Source: a virus
Direction: 5' to 3' (one strand)
Virus record (IMG/VR): IMGVR_UViG_3300030451_003374
Location: 68,947-132,946 of that record
DNA length: 64,000 nt
The translations under genes were made by a program, and so were the position numbers. Position 1 is the first letter of the stretch. Every line of letters begins with the position of its first letter. This document shows, one piece after another, positions 43,202 through 52,276 of this stretch. The notes under the pieces were generated by a model. That model had not been told where the DNA came from, did not search any database, and saw nothing but the letters and a program-made list of their open reading frames with translations.

Positions 43202-45677
43202 GTGTTGCATGCCTTTCTACTGACCATCCTATTGCATCTAAGACTGCCTTGAGAGGTTCCACGAAACTCTTCTCAAACATCAGAGTGTAATCGATGTATT
43301 TGTTCAGTCCTAGTTCTGTAGGAAAATCACCATTGAAAGATATTACGTTCTCTTGAATCGGATTAGGTTTTGTTAGATAACAAAATTTAATCTTATCCCC
43401 ATTTTGTATGTATGAGTATTTGTTTTCTAATTTATACTTCTTGACGTAGTGATTATGCAGTAAAGATCCTCTAACATGTATGGGAGTTCCCTTTGTATAG
43501 ATTGAAAAATTACTATGATATTTGTCTACATTGTTGCAAGACCTAGGGAAGGCAACGAGACTGGGATCCATCTGCCTAAATTTCTTACGACTGTCATCAA
43601 TGTAATCTATCACATTATCCTCTGTACCACTCATGATAATTCTTAATGCTTCTTTAATCATTTCTCTACATGGAGCAGGGGTAGAAGACTTGACTGCTTC
43701 TATTCCCATGATCTTCAACTTAGGTTCTGCAAACCTCACACCTTCTATGTCCCATGCATTTAGAATGTATCTTTTCTTCGCTGTCCATATACCTCTTTCT
43801 GCTATCGTCTCACGCTTCATAAACATTTTTTGTTCAAAGGCATTGACGTACGTGGCCAACGCTTGGTAAGAACTCGAAATATACCTTTCAAGTTCCACTT
43901 CACAGATCTTATCAAGGAACCCAACAATGCCCTCAGTAGTCTTCTCTCGTTTCTCGTATATAACTTTGACCAGAGGACCCATATTGAGATAAATGGAATC
44001 GGTATCAGAAGCAATGACATAATCAACCTCGTTAGTTTTCAAAATTTTGTTCATGTATTTGTTCATTCTATTCTCAATCCAGCGAATAGAGAACTGACCG
44101 CCTAGCGTTATAGCTTCAGCGTTCTCTAATTTATAATACCTAAAATAGTTGTTTCCGATAGCACCATAAGCACTGTTTAGTTGTATCTTCTTTGCCATCT
44201 GTATATTATTACATCTAGATATTTCTCTTTCTAATTCTTTACTAGGGTTCTTCTCGTATGCTTTCTTTGCTTTGATCATCTTCTTCTTGAAGACAACACG
44301 TTCACTGTATATCTTGTCCATCAACTTAGGTAGGAACCCTTGTTTCTCTGTAGTAAACATGGCACCATTAGGACACACAGTCACACCATCTAAACCAGAT
44401 AGGTCTACCTCTTCATTCAGTAACTTATCAACACTTACATTAGGATATCTCTCATCCAGAAGAGTCTCTGGAGATATATTGTACTGCATAATAAGATGAG
44501 GATATAGACTATTGAGGTCAAAAGAAACAACCCAGTCGTAGATACCAGGTATAGGTTCTTTGACATACGCTCCTGCATACTTTTCGCTTTTAGATTCATC
44601 TTTCTTAGGTGGTATTACAATGCCCTTACGTTTAAGGTCATTATATATTATCATATCCCACATTCTAACCTGATAAAACACGTCTGTAAAGTTAACTTTT
44701 GCGTCAAATGCCATAGTCACAGCAAGTTCAATCAACTTCATCTTCTCTTCCAGAGCGTCAACAAGTCTAACGTCTTGGATGTTGTAGTCTACAAATTTAT
44801 TCCATGCTTTAGTGTAAAAATCTTTGAAGGTATCAAACTCTGAGTGATCTAACTTCTTCTTACCCAGTTCTACTTCACCAATGTAGTCTAGTTTGTATGA
44901 CTCCTGTGCTTTGTATGTAAACTTACGGTATAAGTCAAGGTAATCTAGGACTGTGACACCACCAATATCATATACAGTATGTGCTCTACCCTGTAGATAA
45001 ATTTCTTCATTAGTTACTAGACCCCATGGTGATAATTTTTTACATGACTTCTCACCCAGAACTCTGGTAATTCTCTTAGCAAGATATGCTATATCATATA
45101 ACTGACAGTTCCATCCTGTCACAACTTCTGGTGGATTTGCTGACCAGTATGTTATAAAATGCTGGAGCATATCATACTCATCATTACACTGTACATACTT
45201 GACCATCTTGTCATTGTGATGATAAGGACCTACACCGAATGTCAATATCCTTTTAGTAGCATAGTCCTGTAGTGTGATGCAAAGCATCTCCTCATCACAT
45301 GCCTGTACTGTAGGGAATCCCTTCTCTGATTTGACCTCAATATCAATCGTTACAAGTTTGATCTTGTTGATATCAAATACTATTTCCTTCTCTGGGTATT
45401 TGTCAGAGATATATTGATAGATGTATCTGTTGTTTCCAAATATTTCAAATCCTTTTACCTCACCATGTGTCCTATAAAATTCTCTACAGTCTCTTACAGA
45501 ACCAGGTTTGACACTCTGTACATATTTGCCATCTAATGTTTTATATTTTGTCCTCTTCTTGCTTGGCACAAAAAGTGTAGGGTTATATTTCTCTCTGGTA
45601 GTAAACGATTTGCCATCCTCATATCCACGGACGAGAAAATCATTCCCAACCATCTGGACGTTAGTGTAATATCTCAT
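43182..45677 (-). CDS. gp43: Family B DNA polymerase (T4 gp43)
   Basis: Exonuclease DIE and YNIQDV; polymerase SFDLNSLYPH, KKIQLNSAYG, ASDTDS. Confidence 0.98.
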   Translation of the reverse strand: MRYYTNVQMVGNDFLVRGYEDGKSFTTREKYNPTLFVPSKKRTKYKTLDGKYVQSVKPGSVRDCREFYRTHGEVKGFEIFGNNRYIYQYISDKYPEKEIVFDINKIKLVTIDIEVKSEKGFPTVQACDEEMLCITLQDYATKRILTFGVGPYHHNDKMVKYVQCNDEYDMLQHFITYWSANPPEVVTGWNCQLYDIAYLAKRITRVLGEKSCKKLSPWGLVTNEEIYLQGRAHTVYDIGGVTVLDYLDLYRKFTYKAQESYKLDYIGEVELGKKKLDHSEFDTFKDFYTKAWNKFVDYNIQDVRLVDALEEKMKLIELAVTMAFDAKVNFTDVFYQVRMWDMIIYNDLKRKGIVIPPKKDESKSEKYAGAYVKEPIPGIYDWVVSFDLNSLYPHLIMQYNISPETLLDERYPNVSVDKLLNEEVDLSGLDGVTVCPNGAMFTTEKQGFLPKLMDKIYSERVVFKKKMIKAKKAYEKNPSKELEREISRCNNIQMAKKIQLNSAYGAIGNNYFRYYKLENAEAITLGGQFSIRWIENRMNKYMNKILKTNEVDYVIASDTDSIYLNMGPLVKVIYEKREKTTEGIVGFLDKICEVELERYISSSYQALATYVNAFEQKMFMKRETIAERGIWTAKKRYILNAWDIEGVRFAEPKLKIMGIEAVKSSTPAPCREMIKEALRIIMSGTEDNVIDYIDDSRKKFRQMDPSLVAFPRSCNNVDKYHSNFSIYTKGTPIHVRGSLLHNHYVKKYKLENKYSYIQNGDKIKFCYLTKPNPIQENVISFNGDFPTELGLNKYIDYTLMFEKSFVEPLKAVLDAIGWSVERHATLESFFM

Positions 45678-47098
45678 GACGACACTATAGCACGTTCCCG
45701 TTCTCTAAACAACCTCACAAAATTATTGAACATGTATTGTATCTCCTCTTTACTCATGTATGGTGGTGGCATGTTTAGATACGAACCTTGATCATCACTT
45801 CTCATCTCAACTATCAAATCTTTGTCTATAAATCCTGCATCTACACACATATCCCTTAGTGGTGTACCATGATATGGTGTGTACATGAAGGCATTCGTAT
45901 CATCACAATGTAATTGTGCTGCTAATTCAACTGACTTCATACAAAGTTCCATAGTCTCATATGGATACCCAATAATAAAATTGCATGTAGTAGATAGTCC
46001 TGCTTCTCTTGCAATCCTAAACGCTTCTATCGCTACATCATTATGATATATCCTACCTACAACATCTTTACGGAACTGTGGGTCACCATGCTCTACACCT
46101 AGATTCATTTTGATACATCCCAATTCTTTCAGTGTTCTTGCTTGGTAAGGTGTCAATAACTCTGGTCTTGTCTGTGTAAAAAATGGTAGTTTGTATTTAC
46201 TATACATCGTTGCCCACTTATCAAACTCCCTCTTTGACATAGTGAGAAATGTATCAGTAACTATCCAGAGAACTTCTATATTATGTTTCTCAATAAGGTC
46301 TACAAGTTCTCTTTCCTGACTCTCAACAGATCTCTTTCTAAAGAATGCACTGTTAGTTTCTTCTTTGTATATTCCAGCATTGGATGGTGAGTTACAGAAC
46401 TTACATTTGTATGGACACCCACGCTGTGTTTCTACAGTAGCAATCTTGATTATCTTACCTTGAAATGGTCTGTATAATGATCTCTCATCAAATATTTGAT
46501 GGTCTGTTGGTGGTAATTCATTGACATCCATTGCCGGTCTCATCGGATTAGGATGTATATTTGCAATATGATGTCCTGTCTTACCTTCACTAATAAGATC
46601 CATCAACTCAGGTATTGCTTCATCTCCTTCTCCACGACATATGTAATCCACTTGTCCTTCAAATACTTGAGGAGCATATGTGGCAAAGACACCACCAACA
46701 ACATTGATAAAATTCACGTCCTCAATCTTAGACATAAAATTTTTCCAAAGGTAATAAGTATCCTCAACAATAGATGAGATAATTACATCTGGTTTGAACT
46801 CCAAGACCTTATTTCTCCATGCTGTGTACATGTCGATCTCTTCTAGTTCTAATTTTATATCATCTCTCTCCCACTTATACTCAGGAAACATTCCCCTCTT
46901 ACTTCTTTCCCTATCTCTATCAGGTCTAGCATGCACATCTTCCTTATCAATAGGATACCATGTGGCATCAAACAGTTCCATGTTATTATAACCAGCACGT
47001 TTTAAACAAGCAGATATAATAGCAACACCACCTGGTGGTGTGACTCTCATATGCTGATTAGGATATAACCAAAGTATTCTAAGCTTCTTCTGTGACAT
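45674..47098 (-). CDS. B12-binding-domain radical SAM protein (class B-like)
   Basis: N-terminal PPGGVAIISACLK, VGGVFAT, CRGEGD; RGCPYKCKFC CxxxCxxC; FIIGYPYET. Confidence 0.85.
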   Translation of the reverse strand: MSQKKLRILWLYPNQHMRVTPPGGVAIISACLKRAGYNNMELFDATWYPIDKEDVHARPDRDRERSKRGMFPEYKWERDDIKLELEEIDMYTAWRNKVLEFKPDVIISSIVEDTYYLWKNFMSKIEDVNFINVVGGVFATYAPQVFEGQVDYICRGEGDEAIPELMDLISEGKTGHHIANIHPNPMRPAMDVNELPPTDHQIFDERSLYRPFQGKIIKIATVETQRGCPYKCKFCNSPSNAGIYKEETNSAFFRKRSVESQERELVDLIEKHNIEVLWIVTDTFLTMSKREFDKWATMYSKYKLPFFTQTRPELLTPYQARTLKELGCIKMNLGVEHGDPQFRKDVVGRIYHNDVAIEAFRIAREAGLSTTCNFIIGYPYETMELCMKSVELAAQLHCDDTNAFMYTPYHGTPLRDMCVDAGFIDKDLIVEMRSDDQGSYLNMPPPYMSKEEIQYMFNNFVRLFRERERAIVSS

Positions 47099-47342
47099 TC
47101 TTTGCAGTCATCGATTGATATTTGTCTAGCTGCTTTTTGTCGGGTTCTAATATGGTAAGAAAACTATCTGAATGTACCATCATTTCTCTTTGCATAGTGA
47201 ATGATGGCCATGATTCTAAGAACTCACCTTTGAGTTCAAAAGGATCTATAAGTTTACAGTCTGGTTCACCCATCTCAGACCCTACCTCTTCTAATCTAGA
47301 GATAAGAACGAGATTGTTCTTGAATAATATAACCTTTATCAT
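47079..47342 (-). CDS. Conserved cyanophage hypothetical protein
   Basis: GEPDCKLIDPF motif; operon context. Confidence 0.65.
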   Translation of the reverse strand: MIKVILFKNNLVLISRLEEVGSEMGEPDCKLIDPFELKGEFLESWPSFTMQREMMVHSDSFLTILEPDKKQLDKYQSMTAKNVTEEA

Positions 47343-48079
47343 AATAAGGATAGACTTTTGTTCTTCAAGGATAGCATAGAACTACGTACTTTGTCTATGT
47401 ACCCACTGTTACGTAATTCTTTGAACACAAGATTCTCAAAACCATATTCACCATATCGATCTAGTGATGATGCTCTTGCCATCCTTATTTTATTCACAAT
47501 TGTTTTCAATGCCTCTGGTTTCTCAGATTTTATTAGTGTGTCTAACTTATTCTTGATGTTATTCACCTTCTTCATCAACTCATTCTCATCAAAGTCATCT
47601 TCAAACTTTGTTGGTTCCTGTAACCAGTATCCCTTCAATACACTATACACACCCTGACATTTCTTACGTGTAACACCTGGTCTTTCGATGTATGGTTCTA
47701 CTGGGACACCATATATCTTTACATCATGAGTCAATTCCCACAATGTCTTCTTATCCATGTAATAATCATCAAGAAATAATGGGTCACACTTTGGAATATA
47801 GTTTGTATCTACCACCAGATGCACATCTATATCAGAATATTTTGTATAATTATATCCTGCATTACCACCTAACATAAGCACATCAACTACTGCTCTGTCA
47901 TTCAGATCTACGTAGTCAGCAAATGCTTTGGCAAAGTTCATAATAGATTTACGAACTTGAGGTCTCAAAGTACCATTTACCCAGAACTTATCATTCAATT
48001 CGTCCCTAAAACGCAAAGTCAGACCTGCGGTTTCCCGTAGATCTGACGCTTTTATATGATGTAAGACTTTCTTGTACAC
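47339..48079 (-). CDS. Pol-beta superfamily nucleotidyltransferase
   Basis: LGGNAGYNY..SDIDVH (hG[GS]x9-13DhD) plus downstream VEPYIE; GTG start. Confidence 0.75.
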   Translation of the reverse strand: MYKKVLHHIKASDLRETAGLTLRFRDELNDKFWVNGTLRPQVRKSIMNFAKAFADYVDLNDRAVVDVLMLGGNAGYNYTKYSDIDVHLVVDTNYIPKCDPLFLDDYYMDKKTLWELTHDVKIYGVPVEPYIERPGVTRKKCQGVYSVLKGYWLQEPTKFEDDFDENELMKKVNNIKNKLDTLIKSEKPEALKTIVNKIRMARASSLDRYGEYGFENLVFKELRNSGYIDKVRSSMLSLKNKSLSLL

Positions 48080-48081
48080 TC

Positions 48082-48108
48082 AATACTACCGTGTTGTAGT
48101 ATTATTTA
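48082..48108 (-). promoter_or_regulatory. Late promoter core TAAATA overlapping an 8-bp hairpin that covers the translation start region
   Basis: Minus strand AATACTAC-aacacg-GTAGTATT (48103-48082); TAAATA at 48108-48103; GTG start at 48079. Confidence 0.55.
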
Positions 48109-48540
48109 GAGCCAGTCTTTACGTTGTTGTCCTTCTGGTAGAACCTTCTTGATCTCTACTAATAGTAGACCATCTTCAAATTTTACATTATCAATCTTAA
48201 GTTCCTCAGGTAATGCCCAAGTACGAGTGAATGCTCTTTGTGCTAATCCCTTATGAACATAGTCATGTGCAACACCATCCTCTTTCTTACCTTCTATTGT
48301 AAGTTTTCCTTCCTGTGTGAAGACTTTGATGTTGTCTTTCTTGAATCCTGCTAGTGCTACCTCTAACCTATACTGGTTTTCTGATACCTTTATACTATTA
48401 TAAGGTGGGTAGTTTGTGTTTACGAAGTGTTGATCGAACTCATTGAACCAATCATCAAATCCAATCATGTTTCTTTGTATCTTCTCAAGATACTTCTGTG
48501 TATCAGGCACAGACAAAGTTATAGATCCGTTTCCGAACAT
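48106..48540 (-). CDS. hsp20: Small heat shock protein Hsp20
   Basis: YPPYN, LEVALAGF, GLAQRAFTRTW, FEDGLL; SD AGGAGGT. Confidence 0.95.
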   Translation of the reverse strand: MFGNGSITLSVPDTQKYLEKIQRNMIGFDDWFNEFDQHFVNTNYPPYNSIKVSENQYRLEVALAGFKKDNIKVFTQEGKLTIEGKKEDGVAHDYVHKGLAQRAFTRTWALPEELKIDNVKFEDGLLLVEIKKVLPEGQQRKDWL

Positions 48541-48544
48541 GGTG

Positions 48545-48597
48545 ACCTCCTAAAGCGTCTAATTGTAATGTCCCCGTAGGCGACAATACTAATTATA
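48545..48597 (-). promoter_or_regulatory. hsp20 leader: TATAATTA promoter-like box, UACG-tetraloop hairpin, strong SD
   Basis: TATAATTA 48597-48590; TGTC-g-CC-TACG-GG-g-GACA 48585-48569; AGGAGGT 48551-48545. Confidence 0.5.
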
Positions 48598-48609
48598 TAA
48601 TCAGACATG

Positions 48610-48638
48610 AAAAAGGGGGTCGTGGAAACCCCCTTTTT
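48610..48638. terminator. Intrinsic terminator with A/T tracts on both sides, downstream of regA
   Basis: AAAAA-GGGGGT-cgtgga-a-ACCCCC-TTTTT. Confidence 0.85.
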
Positions 48639-48686
48639 GGTAGCGTATATCCGTATGTAGCGTGTCACGCACGAATGGTGACGTTT

Positions 48687-49118
48687 TTATTTAGTAGTTG
48701 TTTTAGTTTTGCCTATGTTATATTTGGTTTCTAACACCCAATCCTTTTTGTTCTTGAATGAGATGACTTTGATTTGATTTAGTGATGACATATTAGATAT
48801 TGACTCTAATCCAGAGTCAGATATACCTACTAGACCCCAATCGACAAGTAATTTGATTATTCTATTACGTCTTTGTACGTCATTCTCTGTCAAGTTAGCA
48901 TGTTTGCCATCCAAAGCAAACAATTCCTTGAAGTGTACTATGTAATACCTACCTTGCTTATGCAATATGTGGCATGACTGGTATAGTTTCTTCTCTTTCC
49001 TTGATGCCACTCCAATTCTGGTGAGAGTCTCTCGAACCTTCAGAAAATCATCAGGTTCTTTGAGTACTATCTCAACCATTTTATCAGGAGACCAAGCAAA
49101 TTCGTTTTCAAAAGTCAT
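48687..49118 (-). CDS. regA: Translational repressor RegA
   Basis: PDDFLKVRETLTRIG, LYQSCHILHKQGRYYIVHFKELF. Confidence 0.97.
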   Translation of the reverse strand: MTFENEFAWSPDKMVEIVLKEPDDFLKVRETLTRIGVASRKEKKLYQSCHILHKQGRYYIVHFKELFALDGKHANLTENDVQRRNRIIKLLVDWGLVGISDSGLESISNMSSLNQIKVISFKNKKDWVLETKYNIGKTKTTTK

Positions 49119-49495
49119 TTCAATCCTCCGGTATTCAACCGTCGTGTAATAATGTTGAGTTGGTCTTCGGTAAGTAGAGGTAGAACTTGTCTTGCTTTTT
49201 CATCACTGTACCCGTAGTATTCCTTCACAATACTAAGGTTAGACAGTTCATCTTTTCTCATCCAAGGAGAAAATCTCTTCTTTTTCCTCAAAGTATATAG
49301 TAAAAAGTCGTATTGTAACTTGTTATCTAGATGGGTACTGATGTTCATCTCATTTGCAAACATCAAACTGTCTATCTGACCAGACATACATCTGTTCACG
49401 ATATAGGGTAAGTATTTTGGTTCAAGTGTAGAGTCATTATCAATAAGATTGGTTTTAGTCTCGTTGATAGACTTCAACCAGTCTTTTAGTTCCAT
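49115..49495 (-). CDS. gp62: Clamp loader small subunit (gp62)
   Basis: YLPYIVNRCMS, LQYDFL, RKKKRFSPW, VKEYYGYS. Confidence 0.92.
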   Translation of the reverse strand: MELKDWLKSINETKTNLIDNDSTLEPKYLPYIVNRCMSGQIDSLMFANEMNISTHLDNKLQYDFLLYTLRKKKRFSPWMRKDELSNLSIVKEYYGYSDEKARQVLPLLTEDQLNIITRRLNTGGLK

Positions 49496-49647
49496 TTTTT
49501 TCGCCTAATAATGATGCAATCGTTCTTGTAATCGGGAATAAACTCAATAGGTTCATCATTTTTCCAACACATTTCACTATACAATGAGTTTAGTGTGCCC
49601 ATGTCATCCCACAGATCATTTACCTCTTCAGACAATAGACCCTCCAT
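49486..49647 (-). CDS. 53-aa hypothetical protein
   Basis: Hand translation MEGLLSEEVNDLWDDM...IIIRRKKWN; fills the gap. Confidence 0.65.
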   Translation of the reverse strand: MEGLLSEEVNDLWDDMGTLNSLYSEMCWKNDEPIEFIPDYKNDCIIIRRKKWN

Positions 49648-49669
49648 AAAAACTTAGTATAACATATAT

Positions 49670-50113
49670 TTACCTATCGAATATCCTTTGTTTGAGTTCC
49701 AACGTCCACTTATCGTAATATTTTGTCTTCATCAAGTCCCTTCTTGCCTCCTCTAACTCCTTTCTTTCCTGTACTAAGAGCAATACTTTACCACTATTCA
49801 TGATTTGACCGTCAATATTCTCTTCTAGTTCAGGGTGATCCTCTAAGAATATAAAATCAGGGTACATGATACCCAATTTCATTGCTAACCACTGTAAATA
49901 TGCTGCACCATAGTCCTGTAGTACAAATATAACCACCTCTTTCTCCCATGGTTTCATCATATACTCTATAACTGTGAGCATATTCTTGTATTCTACTATC
50001 TCTATCTTCTTTCTTTGGAATGCCGACTTAGCAAAGGGACAAGGTGGCATATTATCAAATGATTTGTTCGGTTTTTGTAAAAAATCAAACCAATCTTGGA
50101 GTAAATCCTTCAT
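49670..50113 (-). CDS. DUF1415-like protein
   Basis: PPCPFAK motif near the N-terminus. Confidence 0.5.
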   Translation of the reverse strand: MKDLLQDWFDFLQKPNKSFDNMPPCPFAKSAFQRKKIEIVEYKNMLTVIEYMMKPWEKEVVIFVLQDYGAAYLQWLAMKLGIMYPDFIFLEDHPELEENIDGQIMNSGKVLLLVQERKELEEARRDLMKTKYYDKWTLELKQRIFDR

Positions 50114-51444
50114 GCTATAAGATCTGAAACATAATTTCTGTCAGGGAAGTAGTCTTTTCGCTCTCCTTCACGAGATAAGTCTGAGGTTACACAATGTAGA
50201 CCTCCATCCCAGAAGTATCTATGTCTCATATTTACAATGTGTGGAGTGACCCCATGTTTTTCAAAATATTTGAACACTTTCTCGTTATAACCATTACATA
50301 TGATGTTCTTTTCATCAATAACTAGCATGTTTACATCAAAAACTGACTCCTCAACGTATACTTGCCAGTGTGATAACCAACTATCCATGTATTCTATCAA
50401 GTCATCGTTGTCTTCTTCGCCCGCAACGAAGTATTTTCCTCTAGTTTTCTCCTTCATCTTAAGAAAACCATCTACTTTGTCCCAAGACTCCCCTGTTATA
50501 CTACATATGTCCCAGTCAGGGAATAATTTACTGCAATTTTCGGTGTCTTTTAGTGAAACTACAAGACCTGGTTTGACTACACATGTACTACCATCACTAT
50601 GTCCTGTGTTAGCGAGGTAATTTATACGATAATCAGGGAATAATCTTCTTAGTTTCCTGTCAAAACTCTTTTGATTGAGTTTATTGATGACATGACAGAA
50701 ACTAAAATACAAATCTTTACCGATTCTGAACATAGTGGCAGAGTTTATGTACTGATCATATATGATTGGCACATTATTATCCTTCAACCACTGCTCTATA
50801 GTAGCATAGGGATAAAATTCACTGTGGTTAGGACACTTATTAGGTGCACCTATCTGCATAGTCTCTGCTTTGACTATCTCATCTATCATATAATCAAAAT
50901 CTAGACCTGTTAAAATTTTTACCTTATGGTGATATTTCTTTTGAGTGCGAAACTTGAATAATGACATAGATGTAGACAAATTTTTCTGAGGTTCTAGCAT
51001 ATTTTCTAGCATTTTTGCCATAAGTCTCTCACGATGAGTCAAGTCTGACATCTCTGAGTTACATAATCTTTCAAATATTTTTGCTACATCAATGTTCTGC
51101 CCATAGTTTCTTGATGGCATGAAGAATGTGCCACCTATCATAGCAGTATAATCTCTTGGAAACATGGGAGGATACTTTGTCACATGTCCTTGACCTTTAG
51201 GTTGTTGTTTCTGATCCTTTACATATACCTCTGGGTCTTCACTTATATCTGTTCTCAAAACAGTGACACCAAACTCTTCTAATTTGCTTATTAGTTTCTG
51301 ATAATCTTCTTCAGTCTCGAATGCAATCTTCTCCATTGCATTACGAACTTTACTATTTTTTATCCTAGAAAAGAAATGCGGTGGGTAGCATCTACCAACC
51401 GCACATACCTTCAATGGATCCCAATGTTGATGTACTGATATCAT
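50110..51444 (-). CDS. Amidinotransferase (glycine/inosamine amidinotransferase fold)
   Basis: WDPLKVCAVG, PRD, GHSDG, FDVNML, WDGGLHCVT (catalytic His and Cys). Confidence 0.85.
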   Translation of the reverse strand: MISVHQHWDPLKVCAVGRCYPPHFFSRIKNSKVRNAMEKIAFETEEDYQKLISKLEEFGVTVLRTDISEDPEVYVKDQKQQPKGQGHVTKYPPMFPRDYTAMIGGTFFMPSRNYGQNIDVAKIFERLCNSEMSDLTHRERLMAKMLENMLEPQKNLSTSMSLFKFRTQKKYHHKVKILTGLDFDYMIDEIVKAETMQIGAPNKCPNHSEFYPYATIEQWLKDNNVPIIYDQYINSATMFRIGKDLYFSFCHVINKLNQKSFDRKLRRLFPDYRINYLANTGHSDGSTCVVKPGLVVSLKDTENCSKLFPDWDICSITGESWDKVDGFLKMKEKTRGKYFVAGEEDNDDLIEYMDSWLSHWQVYVEESVFDVNMLVIDEKNIICNGYNEKVFKYFEKHGVTPHIVNMRHRYFWDGGLHCVTSDLSREGERKDYFPDRNYVSDLIA

Positions 51445-51941
51445 ATCATCATCATAGCATGTTGTAGTTCTTTTGCATGTTCTAATTCATCCTGTGCTAT
51501 CTCTGCTATCTTTTTATCTTCTGGATGATATAGAAGATACTTTGTATATGTCTCAAAAGCATGCTTCTCTATCTTCAAGTTGATGTCATAAGCGTTCTTA
51601 GGACTAAGAAGATAGTACCCAACCATAATCCAATAATAAAGTAAAACAAGATGTTTGGCAAAGAAGCGGTCAATCCAATACCTGTTACCTTCTCTAAGCT
51701 CCATTTCTTCAAGATGTTCTGTTTCATTGAGTGCCTGATAAAAATGTTCCTTCATCAAGTGTACATGATCTTCTCCTCTCAGTCCCAGTGATTCTCTAAA
51801 GTGTAACACACTTATAAAAGAAAAGTAAGGTGCTCTGGCAATCACTTCAAGAACCCAGAACCTTTGAAAGTCTCTACCTCTGTAGAGGAAGTCTAAGATA
51901 TAGATTGTAATATCTAAGACGAATGTGTTGATGTGCTTCAT
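51441..51941 (-). CDS. ptox: Plastoquinol terminal oxidase
   Basis: RFWVLEVIARAPYF, NETEH, EKHAFETY, DELEH diiron ligands. Confidence 0.93.
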   Translation of the reverse strand: MKHINTFVLDITIYILDFLYRGRDFQRFWVLEVIARAPYFSFISVLHFRESLGLRGEDHVHLMKEHFYQALNETEHLEEMELREGNRYWIDRFFAKHLVLLYYWIMVGYYLLSPKNAYDINLKIEKHAFETYTKYLLYHPEDKKIAEIAQDELEHAKELQHAMMMI

Positions 51942-51955
51942 GTGAGTATATATAC

Positions 51956-52276
51956 CTACATTATAGCATTCATAATAAATTCTTTAGATAGAACAGGATC
52001 TTCAAACATTTCTAATTGTAGGTTATCTACATCCACATACTCATCATCTTTATCTTTACGAGCATGTAACCAATAGTATGTCCCATCTTCCCTTTTGAAG
52101 AAGTAACTTGTGTTGTGTGAGTCGAGACAAAACAAAGCAATTACTTCTGGGTAAGTTCTTTTACGATTTGGATCTGGTGCACATGATTTACCCATGTCAG
52201 CGTACATAGGTCTTGTGCCACTACCATGAGGAGTGGGTAAGTTTCTTCCATGATCTCCAAATAAATCGTATCCCAT
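51956..52276 (-). CDS. Hypothetical protein
   Basis: Start moved to ATG 52276 (TAATG coupling with petF). Confidence 0.65.
   Translation of the reverse strand: MGYDLFGDHGRNLPTPHGSGTRPMYADMGKSCAPDPNRKRTYPEVIALFCLDSHNTSYFFKREDGTYYWLHARKDKDDEYVDVDNLQLEMFEDPVLSKEFIMNAIM

Noticed and set aside
23711-45677. Introns, inteins or homing endonucleases in nrdB, nrdA and gp43
   Set aside because: All three are uninterrupted and of normal length, with no intein or HNH/GIY-YIG motifs
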